Positions 23,048 through 35,290 of a stretch of DNA of 64,000 nucleotides are shown here, one piece after another. Each line of letters starts with the position of its first letter. Positions within the stretch are counted from its first letter, which is position 1. The position numbers and the translations under genes are program-made. The notes beneath the pieces are model-generated. The model was given only the letters and a program-made list of their open reading frames with translations, was not told where the DNA came from and searched no databases. This stretch comes from Paraspadella gotoi. Taxonomy: Eukaryota; Animalia; Chaetognatha. The stretch covers positions 22,774,591 to 22,838,590 of the forward strand of contig CM119265.1 of the NCBI GenBank assembly GCA_051294375.1, in the 5' to 3' direction.

Positions 23048-26000
23048 ATGGAACTATCGCTAAAAAATCTGCTGGAAGGTAAGCACACCCTTTGTTATGA
23101 TGGAGAGTATTATCAATTTGCTATATTTTCTAACTAATGAAATGAACAAATATCAATCACATTCAGTCAGTTAATAGTTATACCGACTCTTTTCATTTCA
23201 ATCCCATTTGAAATCCGTGTTGGTTTTTAGCCGATCCAGAATTGATTTCGTAAAGATAATAAATACCTCGTATTGATTATTAAATTAAGTTTGTCAAATA
23301 CGTTAAGTTTAGTTCAGTTGTGGCCAGGCCTTAATGGTAAAATGAATGCCTTTTGTTTGATTAAAAAACTTCGATTTTTTAGTTCCGAAATCCGACACTA
23401 CGCGCCTCAGTCGGCGTTTGTGATCTTTCAATTTTTGGTCATGAGAATTTATTAGAATTAGTGAACCGTTTTTTTTTGGTTTCTTTATCAAATTTAACTT
23501 CCTTTTAAAATTTCATTCATCACAGGTACGCACAACATTCCCGGCCGCACTATGGAGGCCATGACCGTAGACAACATTATGAGGCAGCTTCAGTTCGTCT
23601 CGGTCGCCGTTTTTAATCTACAGGAAGGGCTGTGTAATGTTCAGGAGCAACTTTGCCCTGATTGTTTTACCAAAGTCGTCTCTGCTTCTAAATATTCCTC
23701 TTCAACCTCAGCTGCAGCCCATTCTTCATCCTTTTTGGTCCCTTCAACAGCCTCTTCCACTGCCCCCGCCTCATCCACCTCTGCCCCTCAAAATAACGTT
23801 AAAGCCTCCGACCCGAAAGATAAGGACAGCGGCCACCAAATATTCTGTAAACTTAACCAAGACGCCAGTGATAATGCTGCGCCTACAGGGGCTCCGGGGG
23901 AAAGAAGCGCCCTGGCGGTGGCGGTCGCGACCGCGTTGAAAAATAACAAGGCCAATATGGCTGCGTCTACGGCGACCGCCAACTCCGCTTTGGAAAAAAG
24001 GCAGTTCGAAACCGAAAAAGAATTGGCCGCACTTCGCGGGATCGCCGACCGCCTCGAGATCGAGATCGCCAAACTCTTCGATTTCCCAGTCTCTGATCGG
24101 TCAAGAGCCGGAACGACTCCTTCGCTTCAGACGCAGCTTGGCGAGCTTCTCCGACGTTTGAAGGAAAAACGGAAGAAGGAGGAAGAAATCGGAGAATCGC
24201 TGAGATTGACCCAAGAGAAATTCGACCGAGAAAATAAAGAACTTCAAGGATTGCGTCGACAGCGCCACGGCCTCTTTGAGCAAAAGAAAATAATAAAAAA
24301 GACGATCTCTGACATGAAGTCCGCCGTAGAGGGGCTGAAGCGCGATGAAGTCGAGTTGACGAACACCTGGAAGGCGATAGAGAAACAAGCGGAATTGAGG
24401 AAAGGGTCTCTCACCCAGTCACACCGTGTCATTCAAGGAATCAAAGAACAGGAGGTTGAATTAAAACAAGAATTGAAGAAAATTATAGAAGAGGCGAAGA
24501 AGAGCGAAGACGACCTCAATAAAGCCAAGCAGCTCGTCGCGCAAAGAGAAGAAATTATCAAGGAAGAATTGAAAAGAAGGCGCGAACAAGAAGGACGACT
24601 GAGAAGCTCTATCGAACAAGTCAAGCAAACAGTGAATGGCTTGGCTCCAAAAGAAGTCAATTTGAAGGAAGAGTTGAAGAAAAGGCTCGCAGAGGAGGAG
24701 AGGTTGAGAAATTCCCTCGATCAAGTTAAACGGGTTGTTGATGATTTGAATCAGAGAGAGGCGAACTTAACAGAGGACATTAAACAAAAACGCCTGGAGG
24801 AAAATCGAATAAAAAGCTCCATAGATCAAGTTAAGCAGTTTATCAACAAATCTTCTCAAGTTGAGGTCTATTTGAAGGATGAGTTGAAGAAAAGAACTGA
24901 AGAAGAAGACAGAATGCGAACTTTAATCGACCAAACGAATCTGACCATAGATGGCTTGGCGCTCGAAGAGGCCGCGGCGAAGGATAAGCTCGCCAATGAT
25001 CGACAAGACATGGAAAATCGCCTCTCGGCCGCTAAGACCGAATTGGATTTAAAGGTCGCGCAGAGGAACGAGTTGAGCGGCGAAATTGAGGCAGAGCAGA
25101 AGAGGTTCAATGAAAAGAACATTTACTTGACGGAGTTGAAGAATAAAGTGAAGAACTTAGAGCTCACGATCCTCAGGGGGTTAGTTGTCGCCGAAACCGA
25201 GGAAAAAGACGCCTTGGAGGCAAAGTTGCAACGGATGATTGTACGCAAGAATTCCTTGAAGGCTGATTTAAAAATGTTGGAGCGGCAAGCGGGGCATAGC
25301 AATGTCCCAGCGCCCAAGACGGTCAAACATGATGGAAACGAATGGAAGATGACTGGAGAGAAATTAAGGGAAATATAGAATCAATTGCAAGTAAATTTTA
25401 TTTAAAAATGTTTTTTAGTCCCTGTATATTTTAGAAAATATTAATAAATAAATATTTAATTAGATGATTTAGTTAGTTTTTTTAATACAATAATTATAGA
25501 GAAATGCAAAGTTTTTGAATGTGGTACAACGAATTTATTTGGAAATACGGACATGTTTGACACAACGCTGATGAAGGCTCGAAATTGTGAGCCGAAACAT
25601 GTCCGTATTTCCAAATAAATTCGTTGTACCACATTCAAAAACTTTGCATTTCTCTATATCCTAATAACAACGAAAACGAAAGGTTTATCGCATCATGAAT
25701 ACAATAATTAAAATTTAAAATAATTTAAAATGAAAACTGTAAATTAAAACCTTATTATCCTCCATAATTTATACCTAACTAATAATAATATCTAAATAAA
25801 AATAATTTGATGGTCTTAGTATTGATAGTATATTTCCCATTAGAGCCCAAAATCAAGAGTTGGAAGATGAAATCAAACGACTGAATGGCTTGTTACTCGA
25901 AAAGGATAAGCTGATTCAGTCCGGCAAATATTTGGAGACAGAATTGGAAAAGAAGCGGAAGGACCTCGAAATCTTGGACAAGGAAATCGAAGTCAAACGC

Positions 26001-27803
26001 GGAGAGCGCGAAGGCTACGCGGCGTTGAAAACCTTGATGGAGACCGAGAGGAATCTCATGAAAGACAGAGACAGAGTCGACGATGAGATCAACTCCCTCA
26101 AAAAAGAAATCAACGAAAAAAAGGCGACGTTTAACGAGAAACGCAATGAGTTGAAGAAGATCAACGAATCCAATGCTGAACAATCCAACCTGCTCGACAA
26201 ACACCTCAAGGACGCCAAAGAGATCGATGCCGCCGAACGCAACATCGAGAACGTTATCTCCGTTAAGAAGAAGCAACGGGAGACGGCGCAGAAAGAATAC
26301 GAGACGCTCTTCAACAGTCTCGAAAAGATCAATCGCGAGGCGGACGATCTCAAGCAAAAACTCAAAGACTCGATCGCGGCCAAGAACTCTTACAGTCGGG
26401 AACTGACCACTTTGATGGCGGAGTGCCAGAAGGTGGCGGCCAATACGGCCGAGGCCAAGATGGAAATCGCCACCAAAGAGTTCCTGCGGGATCGAGCTCT
26501 CGAGGATTTGGTCACAATCAAAAAGAAAGTGGAAGACTTGAAGCCGGAGATTCTCGACGCTCAAGCGCTCATCGATAACACGAGCGAGAGTTTAAATAGG
26601 ATGAGGGAGGAGAAGAGATTTATCACGGAGCAATTTCGGTTGGAGGAGGAAAAGGGCCTGGAGATCGTGACAAGATTGGAGAAAAAGAGGAAAGAAAACG
26701 AGGAGAGAGAAAAAGAGTTGAAGAAGGAGGAAGAAAGAAGGGAGAGACAGAGAGAACGGGCGTTGAAGGAAGAAGAAATGAAGGTGAAAAAGGATGAAAA
26801 GACAAAGGAGGGCGATTGCAAAGAAGAAAACGCCAGCGCCAACGCCGCAGCGATTTTGACGGTCGGAGCGGAAGCAAAGGAAACTGAGAACGAGGCTGGA
26901 AAGGTGGAAGTCTGCGGGGAAGATGTTGAAAAATGTCGCGAGGAGGAAGACGATCGAGAAAGAACCCGAATGAGGACGGAGATGCTTGAAAAAGCGGAAG
27001 CGTCGGGTCGAGAGAGTTCCGAGGAAAAATCTCGACCTCGACGTGAAAAAGATGAGGATTCGTCGGGTCAGTCGTCGAAAAGAAAACGCGGCGGCGGCAG
27101 ATCGAAGCCGAAGAGAACTTCGTCGAAAAAAGGATCCCACTCTAAAAACGACGGCGCCAAAAAGTCTCGTCGCGATTCGAGGGACTCGCGAAACTACGGG
27201 ACGCCGTCTTCGTCTCGAGACGCGACGCCGTCTTCCCGGCATCGGAAGTCGTCGTCGTCGTCGTCGAGAGACACGACGCCGTCTTCCCGGCGTCGAACTC
27301 GGTCCAGAGACAGAAGTCCGACGCGAGAGAGTTCGTTCTCCTCGACGTCAGAACGGGAGAGCGTCGACAGAGATCGTCCTCGTTACTATCGCGGATCGAG
27401 AGGACGACGGGGCAATCGATTCTTCCCTCGCGCCGGACCGTCTCGTCAATTCGTCGCCAATTCGGGCGAAGAAATCATTCAATTTTTCGTTGCAAACTTG
27501 CCCAAAAATGCCTCGATCTCAGTGCTCGCCACCATCTTCGAGCCTTATGGAGAAGTCGACGCCAAGTCTCACATCTACCTCCCTGCATCACCGCCGAAGC
27601 ACCTCGGCAAGGCCTGGGTCTATCTGCGGACTAGGGATGCGAACCGTGCTCTCGAAAATCTTATCACCGTCAGCAGCAGCAGTATTTTGTATCCCTACAC
27701 CAAAAGGTCCTTGATCATCCATCAACGAGATCGTTTCCCGGCCGTAAAATTTGAGCAGCAACTTCTGGGGAACTGGCGTTATGGACACAATTGTCATAAT
27801 TAA
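23048..27803 (+). CDS. Uncharacterised ~1250-aa protein: long coiled coil with 35-aa repeats, R/S-rich region, C-terminal RRM-like domain
   Basis: Exon 23048-23078 (MELSLKNLLE, GTAAGC donor) splices in frame to 23526-25284, then via a phase-2 GC-AG intron to 25844-27803. QFFVANLPKNASISVLATIFEPYGEV...GKAWVYL resembles RNP2/RNP1. The two long ORFs (608 and 647 aa) are solid; joining them is inferred. Confidence 0.75.
25495..25697 (+). mobile_element. Palindromic hammerhead-bearing element with target-site duplication
   Basis: Perfect 64-bp inverted arms 25495-25558/25595-25658. Core CTGATGA-A-GGCTC-gaaattgt-GAGCC-GAAA-CATGTC at 25568-25603. Direct repeat aatacaataatta at 25484-25496 and 25698-25710. 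Confidence 0.85.
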
Positions 27804-30800
27804 TAAATTATCATTCGGGAGGCGGAAACGAAGGCCGCGGCGGGAAATTTGCGGGAAGAAGATGAATTAATTGTTGTTGTAGTTTTTTAGTTTTTGATGG
27901 GCTTCATTTTTTTTTTTGATTGTTTCGGTTAATAAAATGTTAATTGATATTAAAGTATTTATTAACTATCTGTAATGCTTGGTTTAATCAATCCGCGAGT
28001 ATTCGCGAAGTAACTTTTAATTGAATTATTAATACATGGCGCCATGAGACCCCCTTTCACAAATGTTTTTTTACATATCATTTGTCTAGTTAGTAACTGT
28101 TATCGTATTATCGTAATTTCAAGTGATCACGTAAATAGACTCGTGTGATAATACGATCACATGGCTCGAAAGTCAATATTTTTCATTCTTTTAAAATCAC
28201 GCGATCACGTCCGATCCGGTCACGAGAAAGGAAAGTTAATGCGGCGCAACACCTTGTTAGGATAGATACGTATTAACTTAGTTTTATATTAATATTTATT
28301 ACGGTCGGAAAAAAAACTAATTAGTAAGAGAAAATGTTTTGCTTATCGGGACATCTTAACCAAATCTATCAATCTATCAACTTAAATAAAAATCTACACA
28401 TGACAACAATCCGAATAAAGCTTTAGTAAAAACGGCAAGGTTGGCAAGGACCATGCCATGGTCAGAGTTAAAAATATGACGATCGGTGAATCACGGATCA
28501 CATATCATATCTATCGAACTTTGCTTTTGCTTCTCTCGGGGATATTTCGTTTTCGACTAATGCTCGAAAGTGATTCAATTCTTTAAGTTATAATGCTATA
28601 ATGCTTCTACAAAACAAATAATATGGTATATACAATTTACTAATATATTGTAAAGTATTTAACGAAAGTAAGTTTCGTATTACAGCAATATAATTTTTTT
28701 TATTCTTACATGTTACGTGAAAATATAATTATATGTATAAAAAATCGGCATTATAAGTTATGTATAAATATATTTAGTTAAACATGTATATGTACCAAGA
28801 AGTAACTGTTTCATACTGGTCTTATAAAATCTGATCATGTAAAAAAAGTAATGCCGCACAAAACTTGAAAAATTACCGTACCTTTTTTTTATAAGATCTC
28901 ATTTTGTGCTTACCCAGTTATGATTTTGTGACATTATTCGTTACGTTAATCAGCTTGAAGAAAGCCGGCGTATAACAGATATGGCAAGCCAGTTAAAACG
29001 ACAATGATTTTCCTTTATTTCGTCAGTGTAATAATGGCACCATAAACAATCGAAAATTAGTTTTTAACTTTTTACTGATTAAAATGGAATTGTGTCCATC
29101 GTACATACAAAGTTTCAAACTATCAATTCGCACGAATGGCGAGATAATAAAAATTTTGTTTTTAAAGTTGTTGACACCACATCGGTTGTCAGAGGAAATA
29201 TGAAAATACGAACAATTATTATGGAATCTTTGTACACTTGGCGCCGTTCTCCGAGTTTTTGACGTCGGAAACGGAGAAAGGCGCCGCGACTGGCGCCGAG
29301 AGGAGACCACAGAACAAATCTATAGGGATGGGGAAGAGGAAGAGTAAAATCCATTTCCTCTATGTCGTCGATAAAACGGAAGGTGGAATCGAAGGGAATT
29401 TTGGAAGAGGAAGAGGAGGAGGAAAAAGGAATGGGGAGAAAAAGAATGTAGTCTAAAGTGAAGAGAGTATAGAGACAGAAGAAAGAAAGAAAGAAAGACA
29501 GAGTGGAAGAAAGAAAAAAGAAGATCTAGTGAAAGGAAAAAGACATTAATAAAGGTAAAAATATTAATAGAAATCTACTATGAAATTAAATTCAATAGGG
29601 GCGGCGGTTCAAAACTTTAGTCTTTGAAGTCTACTTTCAGGTAAAAAAGAATTTTTAAAATAAGTTCAATTTTAATGTTTTTATTGTTACTATCAAAATT
29701 ACTATATTACTATGAAATTGGTACAACCAATATAAAAATTATCCATTCATTTAATAAATAAGCTATCTTGCCCCTGACTTTGGACAGGCTTTGGTGGTTT
29801 AAGGCCTCCATCACTCTTACAAGATAATGACATAGCAGGTCCCTGCAAGCTTTCAATCAAGACTTTCTCACAGTCTTGTTTATTCACTCCCAGACCCCAG
29901 TCAGAGTTCCTGGCTTTCCTATCAATGAAGTGGTATAATATTTCAAAGAAAGTTTCAATTGTATAACTATATAATGATAAACCAAATTTTTAATCAATCT
30001 TAATTTTATTTAATGGATTCTGATAGAGAATAAATAGTTAAATAAAAAATATAACTACAACTTTAAAAAAATTTTATGTTTTCTTGGTTAAAATTAAGAA
30101 AAAGTAATAAAATTATCAAAAGATGATGATGATGATGCTGATTATTAGTAGTTTTTATATTTTTCACCCACTTATGATCAAAATATTGAAAAAAAAGAAT
30201 TATACTTTGTGTAGACAATTTTTTGCAAGCTACCTGATTCTGATCTTAAAAATAAAAAAAATCTTAAAAAAATTTTTAGCTTTTCCTATTTATTAATAAA
30301 TATACAAAAATTAATATATGGGGTATGGAGTAATTTTAAATTTTTTTGTCTATTTAAATTTTTTAAAAGTTTAAATTTTCGTTTGAGTAGGTGCTTAATT
30401 CAAATTTCTTAACCACTTTACTGAATTAGGCTAACCCTAATATTAAGCGCTAATTTCGGGACGTCATTTTTAGCGTCCTTCGTCAAACTTCAGTGTAAGT
30501 CGTGGGCCTGATGTGTTCTATATTTCAATTGTTCTCAATTTCTAACTCTAAGAGTTTATTTCTAAGTATTTTCTTTGTAGAATCGTTGATCTAATTTCAC
30601 AAAATTCCGTCCATATATTTATAGTTATAGTTTTGGTTGATCGATTAACGAGTTAACTTGACATTTAAGGCAAAAAAAACAAAAACAAAACAAAACAAAA
30701 AAAAAACAGAGCGAATGGTTTCAGTTATCATATTTTTCTGTCAGTAGCTATTCGAATAGATTATATCTCGAAAAAAGTTAACTATTAATATACTATTAAT

Positions 30801-31409
30801 CAAATCTAACACACACAACAACGAAGATGAACGATCTGCGCAAGTCGGGGGGGAAAAAGGTGGAAATAAAAAAAGTGGCAAAGATAAACCCGAACTAATC
30901 AAGTTGCTCAACGAAACTTTTAAGGTTTACTCGACGCTGAGATTTGGCTTCATCGTTCTTACCGGTGATTGGTGGGTTCTCTCTCCGCTTATTGGGCGAC
31001 TCTAACTCGGAATTATGAGTCAAAACAAAAGAAGAAAAAAAATCACCTCCCGAGAAAAAAACCGTTGCGCGACACTGACCTATTTTTTTATGGGTTGTCT
31101 TGGTAGTATTAATCGTTTAAATATTATTGTTTAATTTTTAAGATACGTTTTGAACGAGTTCATATAAATTACACTTCGACACTGTCCTCTTTCCTCAAAA
31201 ACTTTAATTTATCTTTTAGTGATTAGTCGGATTCCTTTAGTTATTTTCCCGCTCGAAATACAATTTTCGAAGGACGACGGGTGCCCTTGACTTTACTTTC
31301 CCGTAGAAGCTCACCAAGAACCAACGGATAAGATAACGGGTTTCGGATTTCATTATTATTTTACAGTGGATTTTAAACAATCAGATTAGCTGGTTTAAGG
31401 GACGGTATA

Positions 31410-32606
31410 CACTGCGGCGCAAAAAAAAGTAGCCACTTGTTTCATACCGAGAAAAACTATATTGGATGGCTGAATTTTATAAAGATATAAAAATATAAAA
31501 CAAAGTTTATTAAAAGCTAATGCAATTGGTTTAAATAGGGGGAGGAGCACCACTCAATTCCAGCGGGGATGTAAATTTGAGATGTAACTAACATTTTTTA
31601 AAATAATTACTTTAACAATTGAACAAAATATGCTCACAATTCTTTGCGCACAATTTAAAAAGATTAAATTAATATGATTTTTTCCATCTCTAATTTTATA
31701 GTTATTTCCCTAGCGGAACTATCTGAAAACAAAAGGCTCTTCAATTGTTTTGTTAAAAAAATGTTTTTGATTTCTTAAATTTTATTTAAAAATTTATATT
31801 TTAGATATGGAAGTATTACAGTAGCTAACATCTAGGAAAATATCTTAAAAAAGCTTTCCATCTTATGTTCGTCATGCATTATGCCTCATGGAGAAGTAAA
31901 ATTTGGTTAAACGTTATTCTTCCATTCCTATCTGATCTTATCTTCAGGTATCCTCATCTTTAATACCTCTTTTCTCTAAAATTCTTAGTTAGAAACTTTA
32001 CTTGTATCTCTCTCTATTTTTTTCCTCTCTCTCTTTTTTTTTCCTTTTATCTCTTTCTTTCTCTCTCTCTTTCTCTCTCTATCTCTATAAAAAATTTAAT
32101 TACATTCAAAGTTTTCATTCGCAGAAACAACGATTTTTAATAACATTAAGGGACGGACATATTTCGACGCTTAAGTTTTCGAGTCTTCATCCACGGTTCT
32201 CTAGACACCAAAAATAAAAAAAATTTTGAAATGCAAAAAAAAATAAAAAATATGTTTTTACTATATCGTAGTGAAGTCAAAAAATTCTGATCCAAGCAAG
32301 TTTTTTTTAATTGATTACTTGTTTCACTATTTTCTATTTTTATATTTTATGAAGGATTTAATATTTAATCTATATTATTTAAACAAATATATATTGCTTA
32401 GGATTATATTATAATTATCAGTCAAAAATATCTTCAACTTTAAAGTTTTGCTATATTTTACTGCCTGAACCAATTCATATTTTTCTTGCATTAATCGATA
32501 GCTTTTTAAAAGAGCTATACTTTTTATAAATATTTTTTTCAAAATTAAAAAAAAAATAGTGCTATATTTAAAGCTAACTAGTGGCTACTTTTTTTGCGCC
32601 GCAGTG
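31410..32606. mobile_element. Non-autonomous Tc1/mariner-type DNA transposon (~1.2 kb)
   Basis: TIRs CACTGCGGCGC(A)8GTAGCCACT and AGTGGCTAC(T)7GCGCCGCAGTG, each flanked by TA (31408-31409, 32607-32608). AT-rich interior with no transposase ORF. Confidence 0.88.
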
Positions 32607-33256
32607 TACTTTGTAAATTTCAAGAAAAGCTCTTCCGCTGAAATTGTGCTTCGTTCTATATAATCATAAAAGATAAATATTCTTGAATGTTTCTACATAA
32701 ACGCTTACAAACAATCAACAGGGTCAACAAGAGATGTTCAATCGTAAAATTTCTGAAAAAAAAACCCCGCAAAATTCCGACTTTTCAAGGTCAATGTCAA
32801 GGAAAAAAAAAGCAAAAAATATATCCATTCGATCGACAGAGTTTCTTCAAAATTCCCGTCCGACGAGTTTTTTAATCGGGTCTTGGTAGGAAACGACCTA
32901 CCCGTCAAGATTTTCTCCCAAACGAGGACGAACGACGACGACGACGATGACGAAGAAAACGACGACGACGACGAAGGAAAGAAAAGAAAGAAAATCTCCG
33001 AATATTTGACAGACAAAACCCGAAAATACCTGAATGGCCGAGTTGGTGCTGATAAAAATAGAGCGATAATAATCCGGGGTCTTCGCTCGAGTTTCTATAA
33101 AAATAACTATATCGACGCTTTTTAAATTAAAATTAAAAAAAAAATGTTTTAAAAGTAAAATAAACAATAAACAAACATGGGAGAGACGGTGTTTCGATAA
33201 AACAAATTGAATCAAACAAATTCTAAACAAAAAAAAACAGAAACCTCGTTTCCGCG

Positions 33257-33757
33257 ATGGAAGAAAAGGAAATTTCTCTGCGAATGGCGTTGGATATTTT
33301 CTTCGCCGCCGCCGGAGCGGGCGCCCGCGACGTCACCCAAGCCTCTCCCGCCGCGCCCGCTGCGGCTCCAGCTTCGGCTCCCGCCGCTTCTCCGATTCTA
33401 ACCGACGCCGTCAACGCCACCCGCTCCTTCGTCGACGAACTCGTCCGGCAAACGGCCGTGGCGCCGGTCGTTCCGGACGAGTCATTCCGCGGACCCAACG
33501 CCGCCACGCGGACCTTTCGCGACGTGAGCATCCCCTTCATAGCCCTCGTCACCATCAGCGTCGTCGTCATCGTCTCTATCGTCCTTTACCAATGCTGCTG
33601 TCGGAAACGTAACGGCGACGACGACTATTACGACGATGACGAGGAGGTGGACGAGGACCTCGAAGACGCTTATCTGCTGAAGGATTCGATCATCGTTTAT
33701 CGAGGGAAGGCGGAGTCGAGAGAAAATCTGGACGCGGGCGATGGAGATGGTCCGTGA
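33257..33757 (+). CDS. Small single-pass membrane protein (166 aa, or 157 aa from the second ATG), unknown family
   Basis: GC-rich ORF with exon-like codon usage: Ala/Pro-rich N-terminus, TM segment IPFIALVTISVVVIVSIVLY, juxtamembrane QCCCRKR, acidic Tyr-containing tail. Confidence 0.7.
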   Translation: MEEKEISLRMALDIFFAAAGAGARDVTQASPAAPAAAPASAPAASPILTDAVNATRSFVDELVRQTAVAPVVPDESFRGPNAATRTFRDVSIPFIALVTISVVVIVSIVLYQCCCRKRNGDDDYYDDDEEVDEDLEDAYLLKDSIIVYRGKAESRENLDAGDGDGP

Positions 33758-35290
33758 CCCGGTGTGGCATCTGGAAGACGTTTGGGAGACGGTCCCGTGA
33801 GATCAGTACTCTTTGATTCCCTTTAACGGCCTCTCAGAAAACGCAGGGTCGCGCTCACAATCCACAAGGACAATGCGGCTACGGAAGCGTTGCAATTCGA
33901 CGACCATAAACAAAGACGGTCACCGAACATTCTATTTCTCAATAAATACTTATATTAATTTTATCTGGTTAATTAATTTTTCCTTCAATTCCCTGGTCCT
34001 GCTCCAGTTCATTAAATTCCTATGAATTCGTAGCAACTGGTTACACGTGTTACTTTGAAATGGCTCCATTCTAAATTTGTAAGCTGCGCGACTCGTTTTT
34101 TTTTTTTCAAAATTTAATCAGCTTACCTTCCGAGTTTGAGAGAATTTTATTTCTAACAACGGATCGAGAGCGGGGAGGGTTTAATTAATATGCAGAAAAA
34201 CGAAGATTAAGAGAAGATTAGAATGAAAAATCATCACCCTGTTTTTTCTTACTTTTCATTTTCATTTTTTATTATTTTTCTTTCACCATCCGATCTGCGA
34301 ATTTGAGCCGCTATTTATCATCATTTTTTTAGGAAGTAACTTCCTTTTCCTTTATTTTGGTATAAATTTTTAAATCATCAACCTCAGAATGATCTATATA
34401 TATTTTTATCACGTTAAAAATCCTTTATGCAGACGTAGTGAATATGAGGGAATAATTAATTAAGTAATTTTTAATATCAGGTAAAAAAAACCGGAAAAGT
34501 TTCGGTTAGGTGATTTTATTCCTCAACTTTATTTTGGCCAAACCAAATAAAACACGATAAAAAAATATTTGACAATCTTTTTAAATTCGTCGCCTTTTGT
34601 TGAATTATTGACGACAACTTTTAATAATAGATAAGATTATAGGATTTTTTCGGCCTATTTCAGATCGAATAAAGCTTCAAACCTGGCCGGGCTCAACGGC
34701 TCAATGATACCATTTTGTGGTAATAAGCTACTAAGATTAAATTTTTTAAAAAAGTTGGTGAATAATAAACAAGGGAAGATTACGTTTCAGAGAGAAATAG
34801 AGAGCCGCGCCCATCCTGGAGAGGCTGCAAGATTTTCCCTCAGCGTAATTTATAATTTACACTATTTCAAGAGTGAGCAGCTTCGTTCAGAAAGAAAATC
34901 TTTTTAATTACTAAATTCCACCAAGTAGGTTCTATTATGATGTATATTTAATTTTACGAAAATATTCTTATAACGATTAACTGACTATATCTTCGAATTC
35001 GAAATGGAAATAAATTTTATCGTAACTCGTCGATCATGTTTTTTTTTTAAATTTCTTCCAATTATTTCGAAAAATCTATCAATTTAACTCGTTTTACTTG
35101 TCTTGATTTCTTGTAAAAAATTACGATTCCGTTACTAATAAGAAAAAAAGGTCATGATCCACCTTTAGTTTGCCTAAGCTTTTTAGATAATCCCTTTTCG
35201 TAATCTTCCAGTTTATAAACTACTAAAGTTCAGATCTCGAGTTTTTAGCTAAAAGAGACTCTGCTTATACTGCAGACGCTGGGACAACCG

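Noticed and set aside
25893-27714. Several antisense and alternate-frame ORFs of 77-242 aa
   Set aside because: Shadows of the 647-aa coding frame.
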